Positions 50,688 to 60,185 of a stretch of DNA of 64,000 nucleotides are shown here, one piece after another; the stretch's first letter is position 1; each line of letters starts with the position of its first letter. Below the pieces are notes generated by a model. The model saw only the letters and a list, made by a program, of their open reading frames with translations, made no database searches and was not told the DNA's origin. This stretch comes from Promethearchaeota archaeon. GTDB taxonomy: Archaea > Asgardarchaeota > Lokiarchaeia > Sigyniarchaeales > SOKP01. Made by a program: the position numbers and the translations under genes. Where the stretch lies: contig JBHLLT010000005.1 in NCBI GenBank assembly GCA_048938855.1, positions 32,001 through 96,000 of the forward strand. Reading direction: 5' to 3'.

Positions 50688-51848
50688 TTAATATGTATTA
50701 ATCATAACTTTAATAGCTTCAAGAGCTAATTCTATACTAACATTAATAAGATTAAGTTTTTTTTTGAAGTAATCAAGATCCGAATTTGATTTATCAATTT
50801 CTTCAAAAATGTTAAAAAAATGTTTCTGGGACTCTAATTCCATAGAATAAATATTTGGTCGAGATGTTAAATTACTCATATTGACAAAACATCCATGATT
50901 TACGAAATTATGATTAAAAGCAGGGAAATAAGTTTCCCATAATTTTTCTTTCAAATTATTATATACAGTATTAGCTAACTTTAAGCAATAGTCTTTACTC
51001 TTATCATTATAGCAGAAATAAAAAGGTAATTTACCTATTCCGTGATTTCTCAAATTATATTCTTTTAATTTTTCAAAAACTATCTCAAATTGTTTATGAG
51101 TTAAATTTAAGTGTGCATGATCAGCAGAAGGGCTGCACTTGAAGAATAACGGTTTGCAATAATAAGGAATATCATATAATTTCATAATGTTTAAGATTAT
51201 CCCTTCCTTAAGCCAATGATCAAACTTATAATACGGATTGAGACTGTTAACCAATTCAATTTGAAAGCGTTCTAATAAAGAAGTCTCATGAAAATCAAGT
51301 ATATATAAATTTACGTCATGTTTATCCCAATATTTTTGTAGTATCTGTTTAACAATATTTACTTGTCCGGGTAAAGTTTTACACTTTAAATCGTTATTTT
51401 CATTACTAATATTAGGAATAAATGCTTTACACCAAAATCTATTAAGATTTGTACCATCTTCCAGATAATAGCCAGATTTGTTTGATTTACTAGGATTTTT
51501 GAAACCATAAGGATTTAATAATGGTATAAAAATTAAAATCTGATTTGATCTCGCTACATCATTAAGTTCTATTTTTTTTTCTCGTAGCAATTCAAAAAAT
51601 TTTAGCATACTAAATAAACCATTATATTCATTATGTTGAGCACCTATAAAGATTTTTACGTGATTACAATCATCTAATTTAGTATTCTTGGCAATTTTAA
51701 TAACAGGTATAATGATCTTAGAACTTTTATATATCTGATAACTTATGAAGTTTAAATTTTTAACTAATTCTAATTCATTTAGAATTTCTTTAAATAACAT
51801 TTCTCGGTTAGAAATATCCAATAAAGCTTTTAATGTTTTAAGTTTCAT
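50688..51848 (-). CDS. M14-family zinc carboxypeptidase-like protein
   Basis: GAQHNE (HxxE), IPLLNPYG, GTNLNR, LDFHE, MELE; ATG 51848 is one base after the upstream TGA (track start 51950 overlaps the neighbour). Confidence 0.8.
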   Translation of the reverse strand: MKLKTLKALLDISNREMLFKEILNELELVKNLNFISYQIYKSSKIIIPVIKIAKNTKLDDCNHVKIFIGAQHNEYNGLFSMLKFFELLREKKIELNDVARSNQILIFIPLLNPYGFKNPSKSNKSGYYLEDGTNLNRFWCKAFIPNISNENNDLKCKTLPGQVNIVKQILQKYWDKHDVNLYILDFHETSLLERFQIELVNSLNPYYKFDHWLKEGIILNIMKLYDIPYYCKPLFFKCSPSADHAHLNLTHKQFEIVFEKLKEYNLRNHGIGKLPFYFCYNDKSKDYCLKLANTVYNNLKEKLWETYFPAFNHNFVNHGCFVNMSNLTSRPNIYSMELESQKHFFNIFEEIDKSNSDLDYFKKKLNLINVSIELALEAIKVMINTY

Positions 51849-51849
51849 A

Positions 51850-53295
51850 TCAAACAATAATTTTTTTCCAGTCTGAGAAATTGATGATCTTATTATAATT
51901 TTTTGCGATTGTTGCGAATAAAACGCAGCCAATACAGAACATATTAGCAAAATCTTCTTTTGTCAAGTTTAACAAACCACAATTTTTTTCTGAAAATCCT
52001 ATTCCACGTTCAACTTCAATTTGGCCATTATAACCCGATAAATTTACTACAAATTCTTGTTTATTTAATTTAACTTTATTAACAAATTCTTCTCGTGCAA
52101 TTCTTGCTAATCCTCCAATAGGGATAACTTCACCTTTTCGTTGAGCTAGATAGATTCGTAAATCAAAAGTATGGTTCCCTCCTTTCCAATCGATTAAGGA
52201 AAAATTAGCCATCTCTTGAATGGTGTATGGGAATGGGTCACGATTTTCCATAAATTTAGCATAAAATTCATTCTTACTTTTTTCAACTAAATTTTTAATA
52301 TTATGAAGATCTTCATCTTTTGAAATAGGTATAACTCCTGCTCCTCCAGAACCTCCACTAGGTTTAATAATAAATGATTTTTTATATTCTTTAATGAGAA
52401 AATTCAATTTTTCAACTAATTCCTTCTCACTAAATGCTTTTGTGAACAATAGGTACTTTAAATTATATTTTTTAAGTAAATCTTTACTAAAATAGCTAGC
52501 TAAATATGTTAGAGACTTATCATCAGTGATATTAAAAATAGGATTCACTAAAATTGAATTTACTTTGTGGAAATCTTGTTTAACTAATTTTAAAAATTTT
52601 TTATTGTTGAAACGTCTTGTTATACCATCTCCTATTAATACACTTACCTTTTCTCCTTTATATTTAATCCAATTATTAGAAAATGAAAGTGATTTAGATA
52701 ATTGTTTATAATCAGCAATTAAAAATACAATTTCAGCTCTAAAATATTTGTCGTAATTATCAATATTAAAAATTTTAACTGAATGTTCATTAGCTTTAAA
52801 ATAATTTCTAAAATATTCTATCATTATTATTTTTTCATGGATTAAACCATCATTAACAGGTACTCCAACTATTACAAAAATTTTGTTAACTGTATGCTTA
52901 TTTCGTATAATAGCTCGAGTAATTGCTTCAATATAACCATCATATAAAAGAGATTGTTGTTTCTTAGTAATTATTGAAAGACCTCGGTGAGATCCACCAT
53001 TGGTTTCCAAAAGAAAGAATTTTTTCCCATTAGGATCATCAGATACCATAAAATCAATGCTACCAGCATAAAATGAATCTGCATCAATTAATGTGTTATC
53101 ATTTCCGATTTCCATCATTGTTAAAGCTTTATCTCTAACGTCATCTATAAAAGTATCTTCTTGTGAGGCTCTCAAATCGGCGAATGACACCAAATCAAGA
53201 CCTAAAGATTTTCCTAAGTTGATTAATTCTAAATCTGAATCTGATATTTTTGAAGACATTAGTTTTAGGAACTTTGTGAGAAGATCCTCATCCAT
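51850..53295 (-). CDS. Circularly permuted ATP-grasp ligase (YheC/D/TTL-like)
   Basis: N-terminal GSIDFM..FFLLETN; then DK, IIKPSGGSGGAGV, IQE, FDLRIY, ARIA, VVNLS. Confidence 0.8.
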   Translation of the reverse strand: MDEDLLTKFLKLMSSKISDSDLELINLGKSLGLDLVSFADLRASQEDTFIDDVRDKALTMMEIGNDNTLIDADSFYAGSIDFMVSDDPNGKKFFLLETNGGSHRGLSIITKKQQSLLYDGYIEAITRAIIRNKHTVNKIFVIVGVPVNDGLIHEKIIMIEYFRNYFKANEHSVKIFNIDNYDKYFRAEIVFLIADYKQLSKSLSFSNNWIKYKGEKVSVLIGDGITRRFNNKKFLKLVKQDFHKVNSILVNPIFNITDDKSLTYLASYFSKDLLKKYNLKYLLFTKAFSEKELVEKLNFLIKEYKKSFIIKPSGGSGGAGVIPISKDEDLHNIKNLVEKSKNEFYAKFMENRDPFPYTIQEMANFSLIDWKGGNHTFDLRIYLAQRKGEVIPIGGLARIAREEFVNKVKLNKQEFVVNLSGYNGQIEVERGIGFSEKNCGLLNLTKEDFANMFCIGCVLFATIAKNYNKIINFSDWKKIIV

Positions 53296-53391
53296 AAATA
53301 ATTATAATTATATCAAAATTTAAAAAAATTAGTCTTATTACTCATATATAAAGATTGAAATTAGGAACTAGTTTAATAAGAAGATAAAAAA

Positions 53392-54618
53392 TTAGAGATA
53401 CAAATACCCTTGATGATTTCCTTTAATGCTTAATCTAAGAGAACCAATAAGTATTTTCTTTACCTTAAGTTGTTCCTTATAAGTCAAGTTTGAATAAAGT
53501 AAGATGTAATTCTTTTCAATATTTATTGTAAACAGAAGTCCAATTTCAATCAATTCAGATTTTTCAGTCATTAAACCAATTATTACATAATGATAAGGAA
53601 GATTAATAAGTTCATAAATATCTAACTCTTTTTCAAAAATTTGATCTGCTTCCTTATCAAATTCTGTTTTTATGAACTTAATATCATCAATAGGAATCGA
53701 AATTTTTCGGAACTCTTCAAATTTCTTAGAAAATTGGCTTTGGCGTAAAAATCTTCTTTCGTCTTTATCTTTTTCATAAAAATATTTATTTTTCTCTTTA
53801 ATTAGAAAGATCTTTCTATCTTTCCTAGTACTTGATGAAGTCTTTTCAATTGTTTGAAGTTCCTCGACTGTTTCATCCTGAAAAATTATCAAAACATCTG
53901 GATCAACTGTGTTAATAAAAAAATTTTTATAAAGGATCCCTGCCTCAGTTTTAATCCAACCATCTGTATCAATTAAAACAAAATCAATGGGCTTATTCTT
54001 GTTAACGTAGTTATCAATTAGATTCCTACATGAATGAGAAACAATGAATTTATAATCTCCTTTTGGAAAAGTAGCTCCAATAAAAATAGTTTTCTCAGAG
54101 ATAATATCTTCACTTGAAACAATAAAATCTCCGATAGAACCAATGTTTATCGTAGTGGGAATATATATTATTTGTTGACCCAGATCAGAATCAAGATATC
54201 CTCCTTTCAACCCTTCTTTTAGGAAGTGGTTTGCTAAATACTTGATAAAAGTTGTTTTTCCGCTACTAATCCCTAATACCATGATTTTAAGCTCAGCGCC
54301 TTGTTTTTGTTTTAGAATTTTTATGATAGAATCTTTTATCTCACTCCAATTTGAAGAAATCGAATTTTCTTCAATATTTACAAGATTTTCTTCAGATCTA
54401 ATATATATATCTAATTTTGATTTCTCTACAGCATAAATAGGATAACTTTGTGCACTTGGTACTATTAATACATTATTTAGATTTGATACATCGGAGGATG
54501 ATTCCTCTTTCTCGGGAGTAAGTATTTTTCCAAAAACATCGACTTTTCCCTCTAATAAGGTTAATCTTGCTGGACCTTTTACTAGTAAGGTATGTCCTTT
54601 ATTTATATTTTTAATCAT
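53392..54618 (-). CDS. Clp1/Grc3-like polynucleotide 5'-kinase
   Basis: LLVKGPA, SGKTT, DSDLGQ, IDTDGW, ERRFLR. Confidence 0.88.
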   Translation of the reverse strand: MIKNINKGHTLLVKGPARLTLLEGKVDVFGKILTPEKEESSSDVSNLNNVLIVPSAQSYPIYAVEKSKLDIYIRSEENLVNIEENSISSNWSEIKDSIIKILKQKQGAELKIMVLGISSGKTTFIKYLANHFLKEGLKGGYLDSDLGQQIIYIPTTINIGSIGDFIVSSEDIISEKTIFIGATFPKGDYKFIVSHSCRNLIDNYVNKNKPIDFVLIDTDGWIKTEAGILYKNFFINTVDPDVLIIFQDETVEELQTIEKTSSSTRKDRKIFLIKEKNKYFYEKDKDERRFLRQSQFSKKFEEFRKISIPIDDIKFIKTEFDKEADQIFEKELDIYELINLPYHYVIIGLMTEKSELIEIGLLFTINIEKNYILLYSNLTYKEQLKVKKILIGSLRLSIKGNHQGYLYL

Positions 54619-54820
54619 AAATGTTTCATCTTAATTTAAAGTGTTTTAATTCTGTTATTCAATTATGATTTTCATTATTATAGGTTGTGTTATTAAAAAT
54701 AAAGAATTTATATCCAGTGAATATATTTACTAGTTTTTCTCTAATCATAATTTTAATTTTTATACAAAATTCAAATATCCTATCTTGATATTTTTAGTAA
54801 TTTATCTAAAGATAAATAAT

Positions 54821-55585
54821 TTAAGTACAAAGTTCATTAATGAATTTTATCAGTTCAGATACAATTTGTTTGTGATCTGGGCTATCTAATATTGGATGAC
54901 AGTTATTTGGAAGCCAAATTTTCTTCTTATTTCTAGATTTAATGTTATTGAAAATATATTCCATGCTTTGGCTTTTAATTTCAGAATCATTTTTTCCTTG
55001 AAATATCAAAACAGGGCAACTAATTTTGTCTAAGGATAGTTTCATCTCCTTCATTAAACCTTTTAGTTTTGTGGCAATATTTAGTGGAATCTTCTTATAC
55101 CCAACCCATTTTCCATTAGTGTCTTTAATAAATTTCTCCGAATCAACAGAATGGTATTTTATAAAAATTTTAAATAAGGGAACCAGATAAAATAAAAAAT
55201 TCTGTATTCCGATTGGAGCACTAATCGTAAAAATCCCATCTAGGTTATAATTTGCTGCTAATATCAATGCTAACACCCCTCCCATGGAATGACCCCCAAC
55301 AAACACATTTTCACATTTATTATTTAACATAGATAATTCACTATATAAAGCGGATTTCCAATCTTCAATCTGTATGTTTCTCAAATCCTTAGGTGTAGTT
55401 CCAAATCCTGGAAGTAAAGGAACAGTAATAGTAAATCCTCCTTTTGAATGTAAATCTTCTGCTAGAGGTTTCAAATCAGCACAGGTTCCACCACCTCCTC
55501 CATGTATTAAAAGAATTCCGGTATTATTTCCTCTATAATAAAATGGACCAGCACCAATTAAGATCTTTTCATTTTTCTCTTTCAA
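54821..55585 (-). CDS. Carboxylesterase (alpha/beta hydrolase)
   Basis: LLIHG, PLLPGFGT, GHSMGG, D..H. Confidence 0.87.
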   Translation of the reverse strand: MKEKNEKILIGAGPFYYRGNNTGILLIHGGGGGTCADLKPLAEDLHSKGGFTITVPLLPGFGTTPKDLRNIQIEDWKSALYSELSMLNNKCENVFVGGHSMGGVLALILAANYNLDGIFTISAPIGIQNFLFYLVPLFKIFIKYHSVDSEKFIKDTNGKWVGYKKIPLNIATKLKGLMKEMKLSLDKISCPVLIFQGKNDSEIKSQSMEYIFNNIKSRNKKKIWLPNNCHPILDSPDHKQIVSELIKFINELCT

Positions 55586-55694
55586 TATTACTCAAACATC
55601 TCAAAATAATTAGTAATTAATTAAACGACCAAAAACTTTTCAATTCAAAGAAAATTACCTTCAAAATTCCTTAATTTCCAGAATTTTTCTAGTA

Positions 55695-56222
55695 TTAACC
55701 TCTCATTTTTTTATAACAAGGAATGCACATTTCAGAGCCATTATACATCATGATCCTACTACTCATAGTAGGTTCTCCACATACCTCACAGGAGATAGAT
55801 TGTTCAACAACTGCTAACTCTGGAGGATTAAATTCGATTTCATATATATTAAATATGTCTTCAGGTTTTGAATTCAACAATAGCTGAATTTTTTCATCTC
55901 TATTTAATTTTTTATTTTCAAATTCGAGACTTTTTAGAGCTAATCTAATTCCTTTTTTAGTTCTTCTATCATAAAAATAATAATTCATCTTTCCATAATC
56001 TTTATGGACAAGATTCCCCTTCCCATATGTTGTACCTAATATTGCTTGAATTGCGTCTACACTACAGTTATCATTCTCGACAACAGCAACTAACTCTTCA
56101 TTTGGTGAATAATCAAATCCATGTTCTAAAATATATTTTGAAGCTAAAACACCAATTGTTAGGCCAGGACATATATGTCCGTGAAACCTCACAGCTTTTT
56201 CCATTAATTTACTAGCTTCCAT
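55695..56222 (-). CDS. FmdE family protein with C-terminal Zn finger
   Basis: FHGHICPG, ENDNCSVDAIQ, GKGNL, CEVCGE..CIPC. Confidence 0.88.
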   Translation of the reverse strand: MEASKLMEKAVRFHGHICPGLTIGVLASKYILEHGFDYSPNEELVAVVENDNCSVDAIQAILGTTYGKGNLVHKDYGKMNYYFYDRRTKKGIRLALKSLEFENKKLNRDEKIQLLLNSKPEDIFNIYEIEFNPPELAVVEQSISCEVCGEPTMSSRIMMYNGSEMCIPCYKKMRG

Positions 56223-56322
56223 TTATATCCATTCAAATTTTGATTATGATTAAATATATTTTATTAAAATTAATATATTTAATTTAATTCAGAATTATTT
56301 ATTAAATGCTTAACCTTTTATT

Positions 56323-56817
56323 ATGAAATTTTTAACGGACTCAATGTTCGGTAAATTAACACGATTCCTACGTATTTTTGGATATGACACAGTGTATGCC
56401 AATGATTTAACTAATTTTTTTAATATAGATCCTGTTCCTGACGATTATTTAATTGAATATGCTGATAATAACAATAGGATTATAATAACAAAAGATTTAC
56501 CTCTTTATCAACGATATAAAGATAATAGTATCTTTATTAAAGGTGAAGGGATATATAACTACCTCAATCAACTCAATAAGCAATTTGGGTTAAATTTTGA
56601 ATTTAATTTTAAAAAAGCTAGATGTTCCATATGTAATTCAAAACTAGAAAGAGTTGAAGACAAAGCTTTAATAAAAAATGAGGTTCCTGAGGAGACTTAT
56701 AATCATTTCAATGAATTTTATAAATGTGTAAATCTTCAATGTAAAAAAGTATACTGGCAAGGGACTCATATTGAAGATATTGAATATAAATTAGGAAAAA
56801 CTTTAGAATTTGAGTAA
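56323..56817 (+). CDS. Mut7-C RNase (PIN) domain protein
   Basis: KFLTDSMFGKLTRFLRIFGYDT, ITKD, RCSICN, C..CKKVYWQGTH. Confidence 0.9.
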   Translation: MKFLTDSMFGKLTRFLRIFGYDTVYANDLTNFFNIDPVPDDYLIEYADNNNRIIITKDLPLYQRYKDNSIFIKGEGIYNYLNQLNKQFGLNFEFNFKKARCSICNSKLERVEDKALIKNEVPEETYNHFNEFYKCVNLQCKKVYWQGTHIEDIEYKLGKTLEFE

Positions 56818-56822
56818 TTTCT

Positions 56823-57068
56823 TCACTTTTTAAAATATTTTTCTTTGATTTCTAAGAATCTTTGTTTTGTCTTTTCAGCAAGTTCAGTATAATTACCCTT
56901 TATATACATTCCATAAGCTTGGTTTAACAATTCAAGACATTTACGATATTCTACATTTTTAAAATGATTTTCAGAAAGAGATACTAAATAATCTCCTTTC
57001 TTTTTATAAAATTCTATAAATTGCTTTGAAGTATCAATTTTCTTTTCCATTCTAATCAATCTATCCAA
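56823..57068 (-). CDS. Small helical (TPR-like) hypothetical protein
   Basis: 81-aa helical ORF. Confidence 0.55.
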   Translation of the reverse strand: MDRLIRMEKKIDTSKQFIEFYKKKGDYLVSLSENHFKNVEYRKCLELLNQAYGMYIKGNYTELAEKTKQRFLEIKEKYFKK

Positions 57069-57138
57069 ATTTTACTTTATAAGATATTGTATGATATTAA
57101 TTATAATAACTTATTTATATTTGTTTGTAGAATATTAT

Positions 57139-58563
57139 TCAGAGAAGTTCTGATTTCTTACGAAAGTCCTCCATATTGACTACAATCCCTTTTAATCGAG
57201 ATTCATTAGCAGCAAAAGCCATTAGATGGCTTTCCAGACATTCTCTAGCATTTGTTAGAGGTTGTTCAAGGTAGGGTTTTCTTATTGACTCAAGGAATGC
57301 TTCAATTAATTTTTTATCTCCCCCACCATGCTCAACTGTTTGGAGAGATAACTTTTGATTAAAAATTACTTTTTCTTTTCCCGAATAATGATTATAGATA
57401 GTTAATTTCTTATAGGCATCATGAAATTCACCTACTAATGTTGCTTCTGTACCATCAATTCTTAAAGTCCTACCTTCTTTCTCACTGAAGCCATGTACTG
57501 TAAGATTTGCTGTAACACCATTTTCAAACTCGATATTTACTACTTGATGATCACAAACATCATTATTACAATAATAAACGCATTTACCATAAGGACTTGT
57601 TTTTAGAATCTGAATTTTTGCCTCATCAGAGAAATCTTCATCATGCTCTCTGTATAAATAATAAACCGGCCATTCACTCCAATATCGTATTCGTCTAATT
57701 AGCGAACTTATCTTAGCTAAAAAAGTTAGTAATTTAACATGGTTTTTTCTCAGATTCCCTACAAATCTCAAAATTCTATTTTTTCCTTTTTGCATAATCT
57801 GAATTATTGGTAATATGTCTACATAGGTTCTCGGAGCGTAATATTTACAACTTTCTTTTACTGGACACCCCTCTAAACAATATTTTGGTGCTCCCTTGGG
57901 AGCGTTTTCTGGTCGAAAATATAATAAACTGCCAAAAGAATTTATCTTCTTTGGTAAGGAATCTATCATCCAATATAATAAATCCAAATCATGACAAGCT
58001 TTAGCTAGAATCATCGGTGAAGATTCCTCTACTTTTGCCCAAGGTCCTCTTACATAACTATGGGCCATATGATACCATGAAATATTTTCTCGTTGTGAGA
58101 TATTAACAATATCTCCAAGGAGTTTTGATTTAATAATTTTGAAGATAGTAAAAAAAAAATCAGTATACCTTAAAACATGGCTAACTCCTAAAATTCTACC
58201 TGATTCTTCTACTTTTTGTACTATTCTAATACAATCTTTTAACTTATTTGCCATAGGTTTCTCTAACAAAACATGATATCCCTTATCCAATGCTAGTAAT
58301 GTAGGTTCTGTATGCATTTGGTCTTGCGTACAAATAAATGCAACATCTGCGAGTTTTTCTATTGAAAGTAAATCCTCCCATGATTCATAACATCGATTAG
58401 GAGGAATATTATGTAGTCTGGCAAAATTTTCACGCCTTTTTTGTATAGGATCTGCTACCGCAACAAATTTTAGTTTTTTTTTATTGTTTTTAGCATAAGT
58501 ACCATAGACATGAAAGCCTCTTCTTCCTGCTCCTAATAAAACTGCTGTAATTGTTGTATTCAC
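57139..58563 (-). CDS. Gfo/Idh/MocA oxidoreductase
   Basis: GAGRRG, LEKP, HVLRY, CHDLD, HGGGD. Confidence 0.9.
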   Translation of the reverse strand: MNTTITAVLLGAGRRGFHVYGTYAKNNKKKLKFVAVADPIQKRRENFARLHNIPPNRCYESWEDLLSIEKLADVAFICTQDQMHTEPTLLALDKGYHVLLEKPMANKLKDCIRIVQKVEESGRILGVSHVLRYTDFFFTIFKIIKSKLLGDIVNISQRENISWYHMAHSYVRGPWAKVEESSPMILAKACHDLDLLYWMIDSLPKKINSFGSLLYFRPENAPKGAPKYCLEGCPVKESCKYYAPRTYVDILPIIQIMQKGKNRILRFVGNLRKNHVKLLTFLAKISSLIRRIRYWSEWPVYYLYREHDEDFSDEAKIQILKTSPYGKCVYYCNNDVCDHQVVNIEFENGVTANLTVHGFSEKEGRTLRIDGTEATLVGEFHDAYKKLTIYNHYSGKEKVIFNQKLSLQTVEHGGGDKKLIEAFLESIRKPYLEQPLTNARECLESHLMAFAANESRLKGIVVNMEDFRKKSELL

Positions 58564-58672
58564 TACTAATACCTAGGAAATTATTTTAATAGATAAAAGA
58601 AATAAACTTGATCAAAATAATTGTATGCATTAATCAATTTAACTCTAATTTGAAATATTATTAACCAATTTC

Positions 58673-58912
58673 TTATTTACTTTTTTTAGTTTCAAATTTT
58701 TCTCTATATTTGAAAACCATTTTAGCTATTTCTCCCAAATATTCAGAGGGATTCATATCCTTTCCACATTTACTACATTTGAAATCTAACATTCCATCAA
58801 TTGAAAGTAATGTACCATTCTCACAATGAGCACATTGCTCAAATGACCATCTATCTATAATTCTTATCACATCTTCAATGAATTTTTTTTGATCTGATTT
58901 AGGCATGATCAT
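58673..58912 (-). CDS. Small Zn-ribbon protein
   Basis: CAHC..CSKCG. Confidence 0.65.
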   Translation of the reverse strand: MIMPKSDQKKFIEDVIRIIDRWSFEQCAHCENGTLLSIDGMLDFKCSKCGKDMNPSEYLGEIAKMVFKYREKFETKKSK

Positions 58913-58988
58913 TCACTTATTATTATAGACTAAATTATTGGTATTTTAATTTTTTTTTTAAAAATAATAGCCACTATCGAATTTTCAT

Positions 58989-60104
58989 TTAAGATTTTAG
59001 AATTCTAGGAATAAATCCTTCAAGTAGTAGAATATCAAGTAAAACATTTGCAATCATTGCCTCTACAACAGGAATTACCCTAGGTACAATACATGGGTCA
59101 TGTCGTCCTGAAAATTGTATATCTACATTCTCTTTTGTCTCAATATTAACCGTTTTCTGAGAAAGTCCTATGGATGCAGCCGGTTTAACTGCAACAGTAA
59201 ATTCAATGGGCATACCAGTTGAAAGTCCTCCAATAATTCCCCCAGCATCATTCTTAGTTGTTTGAATTTTTCCATTCTTTATAATCCAAGGATCATTATG
59301 TTCAGATCCTTTCATTTTAGCAGCATTAAAACCTGCTCCAAATTCAATACCCTTTATTCCTGGAATTGCAAATATAAATTTACTGATGTTCGCTTCAATA
59401 CTATTAAATACAGGTCCCCCCATCCCAGCTGGGAAATTTATAATTATACATTTTATAGTCCCCCCAATAGAATCATTATTCTTTTTAACACCCTTAATTA
59501 ATGATTCCATTGATTTAGATATTTCTTGATCAACAGCTCCAATAATAGATTTTTCTCTTAATTCAAATAATTTATTCATCTCATTAGGGAGGTATTCTCT
59601 TTTATCAACAATGTCTCCTATACTTTTGGTGTATGCAAAAATCTCAATTCCATACTTTTTTAAAATCAGTTTAGCGATTGCTCCTGCCATGACAAATCCA
59701 GCAGTAATTCTTCCTGAAAAACGACCTGATCCTCGTAGATCAGAAAAGCCATGATATTTTTTTAATGCAGGATAATCAATATGGGAAGGACGTAAAAATT
59801 TTCGATATGTTTCATAAATTGATGAATCAATGTCAGTATTTTCTATAATTAAACAAATAGGAGCTCCTGTTGTTTTGTTTTCAAAAATACCTGATAGAAC
59901 TTTTACTCTATCTTCTTCATGACGAGGAGTTGTTAAATGTGAGCGTCCCGGTCTTCTCCTATCCATTTCACTTTGGATATACTTTAAGTCAAAATCTAAT
60001 CCGACAGGTACCCCATCTACTATAATACCTATTAAGTCTCCATGACTTTCTCCGAAAGATGTAATTCTAAAAATATTGCCGATTGAATTATCCAAATTTT
60101 TCAC
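58989..60104 (-). CDS. aroC: Chorismate synthase
   Basis: FGESHG, RRRPG, RPSH, SGRITA, GRHDPC. Confidence 0.96.
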   Translation of the reverse strand: MKNLDNSIGNIFRITSFGESHGDLIGIIVDGVPVGLDFDLKYIQSEMDRRRPGRSHLTTPRHEEDRVKVLSGIFENKTTGAPICLIIENTDIDSSIYETYRKFLRPSHIDYPALKKYHGFSDLRGSGRFSGRITAGFVMAGAIAKLILKKYGIEIFAYTKSIGDIVDKREYLPNEMNKLFELREKSIIGAVDQEISKSMESLIKGVKKNNDSIGGTIKCIIINFPAGMGGPVFNSIEANISKFIFAIPGIKGIEFGAGFNAAKMKGSEHNDPWIIKNGKIQTTKNDAGGIIGGLSTGMPIEFTVAVKPAASIGLSQKTVNIETKENVDIQFSGRHDPCIVPRVIPVVEAMIANVLLDILLLEGFIPRILKS

Positions 60105-60120
60105 ATCAGTTATGGATTAA

Positions 60121-60136
60121 TTAAACCATGGTTTAA
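60121..60136. promoter_or_regulatory. Perfect 16-bp palindrome between divergent aroC and aroA
   Basis: ttaaaccatggtttaa. Confidence 0.45.
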
Positions 60137-60185
60137 CATGATTATTTAATTAATATTATATCTATTATTTTCTATTTATTAGTTA

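Noticed and set aside
51849-51950. 101-bp overlap between the M14 and ATP-grasp genes
   Set aside because: Better explained by the ATG at 51848 directly after the upstream stop
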